From Pseudomonadota bacterium (GTDB lineage Bacteria > Bdellovibrionota > UBA1018 > CAIMNF01): a DNA stretch of 64,000 bases. The stretch is from assembly GCA_027491115.1 (NCBI GenBank), contig JAIXWV010000016.1, positions 10,657-74,656 on the forward strand, written 5' to 3'. The position numbers were made by a program, and so were the translations under genes. This document shows, piece after piece, positions 43,964 through 54,907 of this stretch (positions are counted from its first letter, which is position 1; each line of letters opens with the position of its first letter). The notes under the pieces are model-generated. The model worked only from the letters and a program-made list of their open reading frames with translations. It ran no database searches and was not told where the DNA came from.

Positions 43964-44965
43964 TCAGGGTCCGCGAGGTGTCGGAATTGCCTCAGGAAGT
44001 TCTTTTGGTCCCAGATCCTGACCTTGATACTCCAGAAGCGATGAGTCAGGGGCGATCTCGGCCTTGCTCAGCCTCAAATCACTCAGGGCACCGTTCCGAC
44101 TCTTCACTTGGAAGTGTTCAGGATGCCGGGTTTCGAATCGCAATTTTTGGCGGGCTCGTATCACCAGGCTCCGCCCTTTGCGAAGAATCAGGATTCCGAG
44201 CTGTAAGTCATCTGAGCGATACCGGATCCATGCATCCTCTTTGGCGGTCAGGGTGATTTTGAACTTGGTTTCCTCCGGCGTGAGTCCGTCGCCTTTGTTC
44301 AGCGGGTCGAGAGCTGGAGTAACGGTCGGACTGGTGGCGACCGGCGCGGGAGGTGGGCTTTCAGAAGGGCTCATCGACACCGATGAGGGAGTGGGGCTTG
44401 ATGTCGGCGTGGGATTCAATGCGAATCCTGGAGCGCTTTTACGATCGAGAGAGTTTTGGGAGGCCAGTTCCTCCGGGGGAAAGTAGATGGCTGGATTGAC
44501 CGGCGCCGGGGGGGTGGAAGAGGGAGTTGTTTTTGTGGCTGTTTCGCCTTCAAACTCCTTGTGTTTCTCTTTCCTGCGATGATTGTCTGGCTTGAAGATG
44601 AGCAGGATCGCGATTGCAAAAACCGCGGCCAAAGATCCTCCCACCATCATCCATCGACGATTCTGCTCGAGTTCCCGTCCTTCAAACGCATAACCCTGGT
44701 GTCCGTGATCCCGATCCGGCCGCTCAGCGAATTTCGACTCGAGGAATGCTTGATAAGTATCCAGGATCTCGTTCGGATTGAGCTTCAGGGCTTTGGTGTA
44801 ATTCACGATGAATCCGCGAGTGAAGGCTCGAGCGGGTAGTTCACTGTAGCGATCTTCTTCAATCGCCGAGAGAATTCGGATGTGGATCTTGGTCGATGCA
44901 GCCAGCTGCTCGAGGCTCCGTCCCAGCTCCAATCTGCGTTTTTTGAGGTGCGCTCCGAGGGTCAC
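43964..44965 (-). CDS. rodZ: RodZ-like HTH membrane protein
   Basis: LG.HLKKRR..LGRSLEQLAASTKI..RILSAIEE...LP...FTRGFI..Y; single TM; Pro-rich linker. Confidence 0.85.
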   Translation of the reverse strand: MTLGAHLKKRRLELGRSLEQLAASTKIHIRILSAIEEDRYSELPARAFTRGFIVNYTKALKLNPNEILDTYQAFLESKFAERPDRDHGHQGYAFEGRELEQNRRWMMVGGSLAAVFAIAILLIFKPDNHRRKEKHKEFEGETATKTTPSSTPPAPVNPAIYFPPEELASQNSLDRKSAPGFALNPTPTSSPTPSSVSMSPSESPPPAPVATSPTVTPALDPLNKGDGLTPEETKFKITLTAKEDAWIRYRSDDLQLGILILRKGRSLVIRARQKLRFETRHPEHFQVKSRNGALSDLRLSKAEIAPDSSLLEYQGQDLGPKELPEAIPTPRGP

Positions 44966-45723
44966 GGAAGATCTCTCAGGTGTTCCAGTGCTTTTTCGGA
45001 TGCGTCGGTGCCTACGAAGATTCGCTGAATTTCGACCAGCTTTGCTCGGGCTTCTTCATAGCGCCTTTGGCGGGAGAGCACTTGTGCGATCGCGAGGTGA
45101 GTTTCGCTCATTCCGGAGCACATGCCTTTGGCTGAATTGCGGTAGTGGCGCTCGGCCTTGGGGAGTTGGTTCTTTTCCAATGCGAGTTTACCGAGTTGGA
45201 AGTGTGCCAAGCACGAGATCGGCGTGCGATCCTCGAGGGTCTGTTTGAACCAGTGTTCGGCGAGTTCCGGCCTCAGGGTCTTGATGTACAAAATTCCGAG
45301 GTTCAGCTTGGCACGATCGGCTTCGCGGTTGAGGAGGTCGCTGGCGGCCTGTTTGAACAGGGTCTCGGCTTCGCTGAACTTGCCGAGGTCCATCAGGATT
45401 TTGCCCAGGGTGTTTCTGGCTGCCGTGAGTTTCGGGTCGAGACGCACGGACTGTCGCGCCGATTCCTCGGCCAATTTGTATTCTCTTTTGCCGATGTAGG
45501 CCAAAGCGTAGAGGTGATGTCCCTTTGCATTGTCAGGCTCGAGAGCGTGGGCTTGATTCAGGTACTCAAGCGCGGTGATGTGATCCCCTTCGTTGATGGC
45601 GGCACCTGCGATGTTGAGCATGCCTTCGATGGTCGCCGTTTTCTTGGAGGTCGAGGTGGTGGAGCAGCCTGACAGCATGAGGAGCAAGAGACCCGGGATG
45701 GTGATCCGGGATTGGATTTTCAT
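44962..45723 (-). CDS. TPR lipoprotein (PilF/PilW/Tgl-like)
   Basis: Lipobox LSGC; TPR repeats; directly upstream of rodZ as in the conserved pilW-rodZ order. Confidence 0.75.
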   Translation of the reverse strand: MKIQSRITIPGLLLLMLSGCSTTSTSKKTATIEGMLNIAGAAINEGDHITALEYLNQAHALEPDNAKGHHLYALAYIGKREYKLAEESARQSVRLDPKLTAARNTLGKILMDLGKFSEAETLFKQAASDLLNREADRAKLNLGILYIKTLRPELAEHWFKQTLEDRTPISCLAHFQLGKLALEKNQLPKAERHYRNSAKGMCSGMSETHLAIAQVLSRQRRYEEARAKLVEIQRIFVGTDASEKALEHLRDLP

Positions 45724-45739
45724 GCCTCGATTTTAACGC

Positions 45740-46843
45740 TCATTTCAAAAAAAGGGCAAGCGATTCGAGATGGGGAGTCTGGGGGAAGAGGTCGAGGGCG
45801 CCGAGTCTTGCGAGACGGTACCGTGCCGCCAGGAATCGGGAAGAGTCCCTGGCAAACGAGTCCACATCGCACCCGACCAGGATGATCCTGCTGACGCCAA
45901 GGGCGGAGAGGCGGGCCTCCAATTTCGGGAACAGCTCTCCGATTCCCTCACGAGGAGGGTCGAGCAAAGCAACCACCGGACCTGAGGGAGGGGTGGTATC
46001 GTCCGCGGTGGACCACGCTTGGATGCTTCTCCGGACAAAGCTGAAATGGGGAGCTGGTCCTTCCTGTTCCGGAGCACCGGAGTCGACGCAAACAATGCGT
46101 TTGAAATCCCGGATGAGGGGAAGGCTGAGATTGCCATTTCCCCCGTAGAGGTCCAAGAGCAGATCTCCTGTTCCGGAGTGGGTCCTCACCCATTCTTGAA
46201 GCAAGCGGTTTTGGCGGTCATTGATCTGTTGAAATCCAGCCGCTGCGTGGCGCTCATTCCAGTCGGTCTGGATCTCTCCATCCGATTTCAGGCTGATCTC
46301 GAGCTTGAAGGGTTCCGTGAAACGGGCAAACCCCTCGTTGAGCAATTTCCCCAGCGCGGAATTGATTTTCGGGTCTGCAATCGTGCATTCGGATACCGGA
46401 ACCAACGAATGGGATCCCGGACGGTAAAAGCCGGCCTCACGGGTGGCCGGGTTCCCCCGGATCTGGATGCGGTTCCTGTAGTGGTAAGTTTCTTCGGCAG
46501 GAAGCAGGTCCAGAGGAACGTCCAGATTCCGGATTCCGGCCCGACCCAAGGCCGAATGAAGACCCTTCACTTTGGTCTCGAATTGGAGCGGGTAGGGGAT
46601 GTGCTGCCAGGAGCAGCCCCCGCAGCGACCGAAGGCGGGACAGGGAGGCGCAACCCTCAAGGGAGAGGCTTCGAGGATTTCAACTAGCTCGCCATGTGCA
46701 TAAGACTTTTTCCGCTCGACAACTTGAACCCGGACCAGATCTCCCGGTGCGGTGAACGGAACAAAAATGATTTCTCCCGTGGGGAGTCGACCCACTCCTG
46801 CGCCTCCACGGGCCAGGTCGTGGATCCTGACTTCAATCTGCAC
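45740..46843 (-). CDS. TRAM-domain RNA m5U methyltransferase (RlmD-like)
   Basis: TRAM domain, C....RCGGC.WQH, YRNR, FQQIN, DPPREG, DLFPQTPHLES. Confidence 0.9.
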   Translation of the reverse strand: MQIEVRIHDLARGGAGVGRLPTGEIIFVPFTAPGDLVRVQVVERKKSYAHGELVEILEASPLRVAPPCPAFGRCGGCSWQHIPYPLQFETKVKGLHSALGRAGIRNLDVPLDLLPAEETYHYRNRIQIRGNPATREAGFYRPGSHSLVPVSECTIADPKINSALGKLLNEGFARFTEPFKLEISLKSDGEIQTDWNERHAAAGFQQINDRQNRLLQEWVRTHSGTGDLLLDLYGGNGNLSLPLIRDFKRIVCVDSGAPEQEGPAPHFSFVRRSIQAWSTADDTTPPSGPVVALLDPPREGIGELFPKLEARLSALGVSRIILVGCDVDSFARDSSRFLAARYRLARLGALDLFPQTPHLESLALFLK

Positions 46844-47219
46844 AAAGAGGTTCGAATCTGAATTCGCGAGGGGCGATCAGCCTGGTACAGACTCCCGATT
46901 CGCGGTAATCCTCGGCCGCTGCGATTTCGCGGCCGCTCATCTCGCCGTGTTTGAATACTTTCCCGCCTTTGAACTCTACTGCGACATTCCGGGCGCCTTT
47001 GTTGAGCTTTCTAAATTCGTAGACCCATTTGTCCACCCCGTTCTTCCGGTAAACAGAGTCGGGGGTGCCGAGAAGGCTCAGGATCTGACTTTGGGTCATG
47101 CCGTTCTGCAGCTTCTGGACGTTTTGCGCATATTCCGCACCGGTGAGGCTAGCGCAGCCCGATGCAAAGAGGATGAGACTCAATAGACCGATACCAGAAG
47201 ACAAGATCTGCTTCACCAT
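46833..47219 (-). CDS. BamE/SmpA-like lipoprotein
   Basis: Lipobox ASGC; LQNGMTQSQILSLLGTPD...WVY. Confidence 0.8.
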   Translation of the reverse strand: MVKQILSSGIGLLSLILFASGCASLTGAEYAQNVQKLQNGMTQSQILSLLGTPDSVYRKNGVDKWVYEFRKLNKGARNVAVEFKGGKVFKHGEMSGREIAAAEDYRESGVCTRLIAPREFRFEPLCAD

Positions 47220-47322
47220 ACGACTTCTCTTCGGGTGGTGGTGTCTAAAAGTTGAGTGGATTTGACAAGAATTTTGACCGGGGTGGCGTTCGGGGGCGCT
47301 TCCTGATAGATTCCCCTCATCC

Positions 47323-49119
47323 ATGTCTAAGAATATCCGGAACTTTTGCATCATTGCCCACATTGACCACGGCAAGTCCACCCTGGCGGACCGGCTCCTG
47401 GAAAAGACAGGGACGGTCACGGCGCGCGAGATGGAGGCCCAGTTCCTCGATAATATGGAGTTGGAGCGTGAGCGCGGGATCACCATCAAGGCCCAAAGCG
47501 TCCGCTTGAAGTACAAGGCCCGTGACGGACAAGAATACATCCTCAATCTGATCGATACCCCCGGCCACGTCGATTTCACTTACGAGGTTTCTCGTTCTTT
47601 GGCCGCTTGCGAGGGGGCCATCTTGGTTGTGGATGCCACCCAAGGGGTCGAAGCCCAGACTCTCGCCAACGTTTTTCTGGCCCTCGAAAACAATCTCGAG
47701 GTTTTTCCGGTCATCAACAAGATCGACCTGCCTTCTGCCGACCCGGAAAAGGTCAAGAAAGAGGTCGAAGACACCATCGGTCTGGTGGACACCTCCCGTT
47801 CCGTTCTGGCGAGTGCCAAATCCGGTATCGGGATCGAGGATGTGCTCGAGGCAGTGGTGAAGTACGTCCCGCCCCCCGCCGATGATGATCAGGGTAAATT
47901 GAGAGCCCTCATCTTTGACAGCTGGTTCGATCCGTATCAGGGTGTGATCGCCCTCATCCGTGTGTTCAACGGAGTGGTGAAGCCGGGCATGAAGATCAAA
48001 TTGTTCCACGTCGGCAGGGAATACGAGGTCCAGAAAGTGGGAACTTTCGCCCCCAAGTACCGTGACGTCGACCAGCTCGCTTCGGGCGAGGTCGGTGCCA
48101 TCATTTGTGGCATCAAAGATGTGCGCGATATGAAAGTGGGGGACACCATCATGTCCTTCCAGGACCCCTTGTCTGAACCGCTCTCCGGTTTTGCAGAAGC
48201 GAAGCCCATGGTGTTCTGCGGGGTTTATCCGGTGGAATCCGACGACTACCACGACCTGAAAGAAGCCCTCGAAAAACTGCGACTCAATGATTCGGCCATC
48301 GCGTTCGAGCCGGAGACCTCGACCGCCCTCGGTTTTGGCTTCCGTTGCGGATTCCTCGGACTCCTTCACATGGATGTGGTCCAGGAGCGCCTCGAGCGAG
48401 AATACGGACTCAACATCATCACCACCGCACCGTCCGTGGTGTACCGGGTGACCCAGTTGGATGGCGAGGTCCTGATGGTCGAGAATCCGGCCAAACTTCC
48501 GGATCCGATCCGGATCGAGACCATCGAAGAGCCGTACATTCGCCTGAGTATCCACATGCCTTCCGAGTATGTCGGCGTGGTCATGGCACTCTGTAATGAT
48601 CGCCGTGGAGTGCAGGAAAAACTCGACTTCGTCACCAGCGATCGCGTCACACTCGTTTATCAGCTTCCCCTTGCGGAGATGGTGTTCGACTTCTATGACA
48701 AGTTGAAGTCTTCGACCCGTGGCTACGCTTCGATGGATTACTCCATGCTCGATTACCGTCCATCTGACCTGGTGAAGATGGACATCCTCATCAACAGCGA
48801 GCCGGTCGACGCCTTGTCCCTGATCATTCACAAGGACAAGGCACATGTACGTGGACGTGAGCTGGCCAAAAAGATGAAGGAACTGATCGAGCGCCAGATG
48901 TTCGAAATCGCGATCCAGGCATCGATCGGATCGAAGATCGTCGCGCGCGAGACCATTTCCGCCTACCGCAAGAACGTGACCGCCAAGTGTTACGGGGGCG
49001 ACATCTCCCGGAAGCGAAAGCTCCTCGAGAAGCAGAAGGAAGGCAAGAAGCGGATGAAGCAGGTCGGCTCGGTCGAAATCCCGCAAGAGGCGTTCCTGGC
49101 AGTCTTGAAGGTGGACTAA
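47323..49119 (+). CDS. lepA: elongation factor 4
   Basis: [56 protein letters not shown]. Confidence 0.98.
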   Translation: MSKNIRNFCIIAHIDHGKSTLADRLLEKTGTVTAREMEAQFLDNMELERERGITIKAQSVRLKYKARDGQEYILNLIDTPGHVDFTYEVSRSLAACEGAILVVDATQGVEAQTLANVFLALENNLEVFPVINKIDLPSADPEKVKKEVEDTIGLVDTSRSVLASAKSGIGIEDVLEAVVKYVPPPADDDQGKLRALIFDSWFDPYQGVIALIRVFNGVVKPGMKIKLFHVGREYEVQKVGTFAPKYRDVDQLASGEVGAIICGIKDVRDMKVGDTIMSFQDPLSEPLSGFAEAKPMVFCGVYPVESDDYHDLKEALEKLRLNDSAIAFEPETSTALGFGFRCGFLGLLHMDVVQERLEREYGLNIITTAPSVVYRVTQLDGEVLMVENPAKLPDPIRIETIEEPYIRLSIHMPSEYVGVVMALCNDRRGVQEKLDFVTSDRVTLVYQLPLAEMVFDFYDKLKSSTRGYASMDYSMLDYRPSDLVKMDILINSEPVDALSLIIHKDKAHVRGRELAKKMKELIERQMFEIAIQASIGSKIVARETISAYRKNVTAKCYGGDISRKRKLLEKQKEGKKRMKQVGSVEIPQEAFLAVLKVD

Positions 49120-49122
49120 GGC

Positions 49123-50646
49123 ATGGTGCACGCTCTCGTGCCCCTCACCGCGGCTCTCCTGATCCTGAAGATCGGAGTGGCGGCACTGTTTCCTGTGTTT
49201 GGAGACGAGTCCTATTACATCTATTGGGGCCTCCATCCGGCGGGGGGCTACTACGATTTGCCACCCATGGTCGGTTGGTGGCTGGCTCCATTGGTGAGTC
49301 TGTCGTTGAACCCGCTCTGGATCCGTATGTTCAACCTTTTGGCTACGGTTTTGCCAGCCTTCACGCTCTTCGAGTGGCTCCATCCTCGAGTGGGGAAGGA
49401 TCGGGCGATCGGTGCGGCTGCCTTGTTCTTTTTTCTTCCGCTCCCGTTCCTGGCTGTCGTGTCGTTTCCGGACGTGCCTTTGATGATGTTTTCTTTCTTC
49501 TCGGCCTATCTGTACCACCGGGCGCAGGAGTCGCGGCGTCCGGGGCTTCCTTACGAGGCATTTTTCTCGGGAGTATTCTGGGGTTGTGCCTTCCTTTCCA
49601 AGTACTTTGCGGTGTTTCTGTTGCCCGTGTTTATCGGGGCGTTTGTTTTCGATCGTGGCCGTCGGTATCGGAATGTTCCTGCCTTCGTCCTTGGAGCCCT
49701 TCCTTTCGTCCTTCAGCATGTGATTTGGAATCGTGATCATTGCTGGTCGAACTTTGTGTTCAACCTGATCACACGTCAGCGGGTCGACGAGGGCACGGTC
49801 GATCAAACGCTGGGGGGATTCCTGGCCAACGTGTTGGTCGTATCAGCGCCGGTGCTCTTGTCCTGGGTGTTTCGTCCGATCGAACACCGAGAGTCCGGTC
49901 CGGTTTGGGAGAGGGAGGGGGGGCTTCGAAAGTTCTTCTTCTGGCTTTGGGCATTTCCGGTTCTGGTGTTTTTGGTGACCGCGGCATTCGGAAGGGGGCA
50001 GGGGCTGCATTGGCTCCTGTTTTTGACACCGTTTTTCGCAGCCTGGGTGGCGCTCCGGTTTCCGCGTGGTCGGTTCCGCCTCGCGCTTTCTTTTTCTGCA
50101 ATCGCCTCGGGGGTGATGGCTGTTGCCCTCATGTCGGCTTCCGTGTTTCCTGACCGCCTTTTGGCTCCGCTGCTCAAGAAGCGTTGGGCTTTCGAGTACC
50201 AGGTGTTGACCCGATCCGAGGACTTCGTGGACGAGATCCGCGCCGCCACACCCGGTGTTGCTGCGTATTTCACCGGCGGATACACCCTCTCGAGCGAACT
50301 CGAATTCCTCTTCCGCAGGGCGGGTCATCCCACGGATTTTTTGGTGTGGGGAGAAGGGTCGAGGTTCGGTAGGACTTTTGACTGGGCTCTCGATACGGGA
50401 AAACTTCGAGGAAAGCGTGTCGCCATCATTACTCCGGGATTCTTCTTTCGTGAGAACTGGGAGCGTTTTTTCTCGAAAATGGAAGTGAGCATCCGGAACT
50501 TCAGAGGTATCGAATACATGCTCATCGTGGGTGAGGGATTCCGGGCGACGGACTATCGGGAGGATGTACTTCAATCCGCGGTTCGGAAATTTTATCCGCC
50601 GTTTTTGCCGGGTAAGTGCACCCTCCTCGAGGAGATCAAGCCGTGA
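49123..50646 (+). CDS. ArnT/PMT-family (GT-C) glycosyltransferase
   Basis: DESYY..WG.HPA.GYYDLPPMVGW, PDVPL, LSKY; multi-TM. Confidence 0.85.
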   Translation: MVHALVPLTAALLILKIGVAALFPVFGDESYYIYWGLHPAGGYYDLPPMVGWWLAPLVSLSLNPLWIRMFNLLATVLPAFTLFEWLHPRVGKDRAIGAAALFFFLPLPFLAVVSFPDVPLMMFSFFSAYLYHRAQESRRPGLPYEAFFSGVFWGCAFLSKYFAVFLLPVFIGAFVFDRGRRYRNVPAFVLGALPFVLQHVIWNRDHCWSNFVFNLITRQRVDEGTVDQTLGGFLANVLVVSAPVLLSWVFRPIEHRESGPVWEREGGLRKFFFWLWAFPVLVFLVTAAFGRGQGLHWLLFLTPFFAAWVALRFPRGRFRLALSFSAIASGVMAVALMSASVFPDRLLAPLLKKRWAFEYQVLTRSEDFVDEIRAATPGVAAYFTGGYTLSSELEFLFRRAGHPTDFLVWGEGSRFGRTFDWALDTGKLRGKRVAIITPGFFFRENWERFFSKMEVSIRNFRGIEYMLIVGEGFRATDYREDVLQSAVRKFYPPFLPGKCTLLEEIKP

Positions 50647-51392
50647 ACGATCTGTTTCTCGTGTTCGCAGGATTCGTTGCCGGAACGATCGACAGCATCG
50701 CAGGTGGAGGCGGTCTGATCACGCTTCCATCCCTTTCTACCATTTTGGAGCCAGGGCCTCACTCCATCGGGACCAATAAGATCGTGGGGACCGCTGGAGC
50801 CTTGATGGCTTTTTTGGTTTATCGCCGGAAGCACCCCTTGCACCTCAAGAAGGGGCTTTCCTTTATTTTGGCGATAGGGATCGGTTCGGTGCTCGGATCC
50901 TTGTGCTCCCCCTTGGTACCTCGCCTTTACTTCAGGTACTTCCTGATCGCGGCCTGTCCACTCATTTTGTTGGTGCTCTGGAACAAGAAGGGCCTGATGA
51001 AAGAGGTGCGGGAACAAGCCCAAGCATCCTGGGGTGCCTTGGTTTCCACGGGTGTGGCGGTGGGGTTCTATGACGGATTCTTCGGTCCAGGTGGTGGAAC
51101 CTTCATGCTGATCGGCCTCCTGGCGGGTGCGCGGATGTCGCTCTTCGAGGCCCTCCTGCTCTCCAAGCTCGCCAATACGCTCTCTGCAGCAGTTTCGCTC
51201 GCCTCTTACGGTGTCCAGGGCTTTGTTCACACCCGCTACGGCCTCATCATGGCCGTCGGCATGACCGCCGGGAGCTTCATGGGGGCGCGCTTGGCCTCCC
51301 AAAAAGCCGAACAGGTGGTCCGACCTGTATTGGTTTTTGTCGTGCTTCTACTGATGGCCGTTCAGGTCCGGGAAGTCTTCAGTCCGTCGTGA
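50643..51392 (+). CDS. TauE/SafE (TSUP) family transporter
   Basis: AGTIDSIAGGGGLITLP, GTNK, GFYDGFFGPGGGTF. Confidence 0.92.
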   Translation: MNDLFLVFAGFVAGTIDSIAGGGGLITLPSLSTILEPGPHSIGTNKIVGTAGALMAFLVYRRKHPLHLKKGLSFILAIGIGSVLGSLCSPLVPRLYFRYFLIAACPLILLVLWNKKGLMKEVREQAQASWGALVSTGVAVGFYDGFFGPGGGTFMLIGLLAGARMSLFEALLLSKLANTLSAAVSLASYGVQGFVHTRYGLIMAVGMTAGSFMGARLASQKAEQVVRPVLVFVVLLLMAVQVREVFSPS

Positions 51393-51452
51393 GGGATTCC
51401 CGTTGAGGGGGCGGGGGGGATGAGGTAGCTTGATCCTCCGGGAGGCCTACTC

Positions 51453-52388
51453 ATGTTCCCGGACCATCTCACCACGATTCGTGGCATCGCACCCGACACG
51501 CTTCGGAACTTCCTTCGGTTGAGCAAAAAGATCAAAGCCGATCCCGCTTCTTTTTCCACCGGGCTCAAAGGAAAAACCGTCCTCCAGTTTTTTGTCGAAA
51601 ACTCCACGCGAACACGCATGTCCTTCGAGGCCGCGACCCGACGCTTGGGCGGTGCCAGTATCGCGTTTGCTGCCGCGACTTCGAGCCTGCAAAAGGGCGA
51701 GACCCTGCTCGACACCGTCCGGGTGATCCAGCAGTACGGGGTCGATGCGATTGTCATGCGCCATTCTTCGGGAGGATCTCCGGATCTGGTGGCCCGGGCC
51801 ACCGGCCTTCCCGTGATCAATGCGGGAGACGGAAGTCACGAGCACCCGACGCAGGCTCTGCTCGATGCGTTCACTTTGGCCGAAGCCTGGGGAAGTGATC
51901 TCGATCATTCCAAGCCTTTCACGGGGCGGAGGCTCCTGATTATCGGAGACACCCTGCAGTCCCGGGTCACTCGCTCCAATATCCATTTGTTCTCGGCCTT
52001 GGGCGGAGAGGTGATCTTGAGCGGACCCCGGACCCTTTCCATCCGGGATCTCAGTCTGTTTCCGGCTGTGAAAAAGGTCGACTTTCCTGACGAGGTGATC
52101 GGTGAGGTCGATGCGGTCATGGCCCTCCGGATCCAGTTTGAGCGCGGGCACAAGAGCCTGATCCCTTCGGTCGAAGAGTACCGGACCTTCTGGGGACTCA
52201 CCGAGGAGCGCGTGAGCAAAATGAGACCTTCAGCACCGATCCTTCACCCTGGCCCGATGAATCGCGGAGTGGAAATCGACCCTGAAGTGGCGGACTCCGC
52301 CCGCGCACTAGTGCTCGATCAGGTTGAAAACGGCGTCCTCGTCCGCATGTCGGTTCTGGGCGCTCTGGTGGGAGGGCTTCGCGCATGA
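51453..52388 (+). CDS. pyrB: aspartate carbamoyltransferase
   Basis: ENSTRTRMSFE, INAGDGSHEHPTQALLD, LRIQFER, HPGPMNRGVEI. Confidence 0.97.
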   Translation: MFPDHLTTIRGIAPDTLRNFLRLSKKIKADPASFSTGLKGKTVLQFFVENSTRTRMSFEAATRRLGGASIAFAAATSSLQKGETLLDTVRVIQQYGVDAIVMRHSSGGSPDLVARATGLPVINAGDGSHEHPTQALLDAFTLAEAWGSDLDHSKPFTGRRLLIIGDTLQSRVTRSNIHLFSALGGEVILSGPRTLSIRDLSLFPAVKKVDFPDEVIGEVDAVMALRIQFERGHKSLIPSVEEYRTFWGLTEERVSKMRPSAPILHPGPMNRGVEIDPEVADSARALVLDQVENGVLVRMSVLGALVGGLRA

Positions 52389-53683
52389 TCCGGTTGAAGA
52401 ACGCAAGAGTGATCGATCCGTCTTCCGGTCTCGATGCCGAGCTCGATATTTTAGTGGAGGACGGAGTGATCCGCGCCATTGACCGTCCGGGATCTTTTGA
52501 CGGGACAGCGGTCGCCGAGTCGCATGATTTGAGCGGTTGCGTGGTCGCGCCCGGATTCATCGATGTCCATGTTCATTTGCGTGAGCCCGGTTTCGAGCAT
52601 AAAGAAACCGTTCACACCGGTTCACTCGCGGCAGTACGGGGCGGATTCACTGCGATTGCTCCGATGGCCAATACCGATCCGGTGAATGACAACGCGATTG
52701 TGACCCGGTTCATTCTGGACCGGGCACGGAGTGCGAACCTGGCCCGGGTTTACCCGATCGGTGCTGTGACCAAGGGGCAAAAGGGCGAAGAGCTCGCCGA
52801 AATCGGACTTATGGCCAAAGAGGGCATCCGCGCCCTCAGCGACGACGGCATGCCGGTGATGAATTCGGCCCTCATGCGTCGGGCGATGGAATACGCCCGG
52901 ATGTTCGATCTGCCCGTGATCAGTCACGCGGAGGACGCCGCCCTCTCCAAGGGCGCGCCCATGACCGAAGGAGCCGTGTCCTCGTTGCTGGGTTACCCCG
53001 GAAATCCGAATGCCTCGGAAGAAATCATGGTTGCGCGCGAGATCGCGCTTTGCCGGGCGACCGGTGCCCGGGTGCACTTGGCCCACTTGTCGACCCGGGA
53101 GGGGGTGGCGCTCGTCCGCCGGGCCAAGGAGGACGGCCTCCCGGTCACCGCCGAGGTGACGCCTCATCACCTGATGTTGAACGAGTTTTCTCTCTTGAAA
53201 GGGGGGCACGAGTGCGTGCACCACCAGCCCCGGACCGACTACAAGATGGCGCCACCTCTCCGGTCTGAGCAGGATCAGGAAGCCCTTCGAGAAGCGCTCC
53301 GCTCGGGCGTGATCGATCTGGTAGCCTCGGACCATGCTCCACACGGCTGTGTCGATAAAGAGGTGGAGTTTGAGCTGGCGGCAAACGGGATCCTCGGCCT
53401 CCAAACCACGGTGCCTCTCCTGCTCGAATTGGTGGAGAGGGGGGTCCTGTCTTGGTCCCGGATGATCGAGTCCTTGACCGTGGCTCCGGCACGCTTGCTT
53501 GGGCTCCGGGATCTCGGGACCTTGCAGGCCGGGAAGCCAGCCGATTTGGTGGTTCTCGATCCGAATGTGGAATTCAGACTCCGGAGGGAGGATTTGGTCT
53601 CGATCAGCGAGAACAGCCCCTTTATCGGGCGAAAATTTAAGGGCAAAGTCCTGAAAACAATGGTAGGAGGAGACTGGAAATGA
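52385..53683 (+). CDS. pyrC: dihydroorotase
   Basis: DVHVHLREPG, EVTPHHL, KMAPPLR, ASDHAPH. Confidence 0.95.
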   Translation: MIRLKNARVIDPSSGLDAELDILVEDGVIRAIDRPGSFDGTAVAESHDLSGCVVAPGFIDVHVHLREPGFEHKETVHTGSLAAVRGGFTAIAPMANTDPVNDNAIVTRFILDRARSANLARVYPIGAVTKGQKGEELAEIGLMAKEGIRALSDDGMPVMNSALMRRAMEYARMFDLPVISHAEDAALSKGAPMTEGAVSSLLGYPGNPNASEEIMVAREIALCRATGARVHLAHLSTREGVALVRRAKEDGLPVTAEVTPHHLMLNEFSLLKGGHECVHHQPRTDYKMAPPLRSEQDQEALREALRSGVIDLVASDHAPHGCVDKEVEFELAANGILGLQTTVPLLLELVERGVLSWSRMIESLTVAPARLLGLRDLGTLQAGKPADLVVLDPNVEFRLRREDLVSISENSPFIGRKFKGKVLKTMVGGDWK

Positions 53684-54792
53684 AAGGTCTCATTGTTCTC
53701 CCCGGAGCCGAGCAGGATGTGATTCTCGAAGGAACCCTCTTTGGAGCGGTTTCCTCCGATCCCAAAAAGAACGTGGTGTTCGCCGAGCTGGTGTTCAACA
53801 CCTCGATGACCGGCTATCAGGAGATCCTGACCGATCCCTCTTATGCCGGCCAAGTGGTCTGCTTCACTGCGGCCCACATCGGCAATACGGGAGCCAATCG
53901 AGAAGACCTCGAAAGCCGGGCCATTCATGCCGAAGGCTTGATTCTGGCCTCCTACACCCCGAAGCCCTCGAATCATCGGTCGGAAGAAACCCTCGAAGAA
54001 TTTTTGAAGCGCAACGGACGGATCGGCATCCACGGGGTCGACACCCGCCGCCTGACTCTCCTGCTCCGCGATCGCGGGGTCACTCCGGGATTCATCATTC
54101 CCGAATCCCTCCGTTCCGAAATCGAGGTGTTCAAAAAGGAACTCGCCTCGAAGAATTACGATCAAATCGACTGGATCCGCAAGGTGAGCACCAAGGAAGC
54201 CTACACTTTCGCTTCGACCGCTCCCGCGTCTATGAAGAAATTCAAAGTCGTGGCTTACGACTACGGCATCAAGGGTCAGCTCCTCCGTGATCTGGCTGTC
54301 CGGGGTTGCGAGCTCACGGTCGTACCTTGCGATTATCCTGCCGCCAAAGTCCTCGAAATGAAGCCGGATGGGGTGTTCCTTTCCAACGGCCCCGGCGACC
54401 CCAAGCTCGCCACCTATGCGGTCGAGAATGTGCGTGCACTACTGGGCAAAGTTCCGATGTTCGGAGTGTGCATGGGACACCAGGTGCTCTCGATGGCCGT
54501 CGGCGCCAAGACCTACAAGCTCAAGTTCGGACACCGGGGAGGCAATCAGCCGGTGAAGAATCTGGATCAGGGTTCGGTCGAAATCAGCTCACACAACCAC
54601 GGCTATGCTGTCGACCCGGCCACCTTTCCTGCAGAAGCCCGGCTCACCCATGTGAATCTCAACGATCAATGTTGCGAAGGGATGTCCATTCCCTCCAAGC
54701 AAGCCTTCTCGGTCCAATACCACCCCGAGAGCTCCCCGGGGCCACATGATTCGAGCTATCTGTTCGACCGCTTCATTCAGATGATGGGGTGA
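53680..54792 (+). CDS. carA: carbamoyl-phosphate synthase small subunit
   Basis: FNTSMTGYQEILTDPSY, LSNGPGDP, GVCMGHQ, QYHPESSPGPHD. Confidence 0.97.
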   Translation: MKGLIVLPGAEQDVILEGTLFGAVSSDPKKNVVFAELVFNTSMTGYQEILTDPSYAGQVVCFTAAHIGNTGANREDLESRAIHAEGLILASYTPKPSNHRSEETLEEFLKRNGRIGIHGVDTRRLTLLLRDRGVTPGFIIPESLRSEIEVFKKELASKNYDQIDWIRKVSTKEAYTFASTAPASMKKFKVVAYDYGIKGQLLRDLAVRGCELTVVPCDYPAAKVLEMKPDGVFLSNGPGDPKLATYAVENVRALLGKVPMFGVCMGHQVLSMAVGAKTYKLKFGHRGGNQPVKNLDQGSVEISSHNHGYAVDPATFPAEARLTHVNLNDQCCEGMSIPSKQAFSVQYHPESSPGPHDSSYLFDRFIQMMG

Positions 54793-54907
54793 GCCCACCC
54801 CCACTAGGTTGGACCCGCCCAAAATCGTTTAATCCACTGACTTCATTAAGTTAGTTTAATCTTGACCAAAACACTCAAGTTTATTAACCTATGGGTGAGG
54901 GGATACT

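Noticed and set aside
47317..49806. Long antisense ORFs (829 aa here; also 26061-27542 and 37035-38717)
   Set aside because: Shadow frames of lepA, smc and asnS caused by GC-rich codon bias; no protein motifs
51381..51400. PyrR binding loop before pyrB (AGTCC..GTGAGG)
   Set aside because: Spacing deviates from ARUCCNGNGAGGYU, it overlaps the previous stop codon, and no attenuator terminator or pyrR is seen
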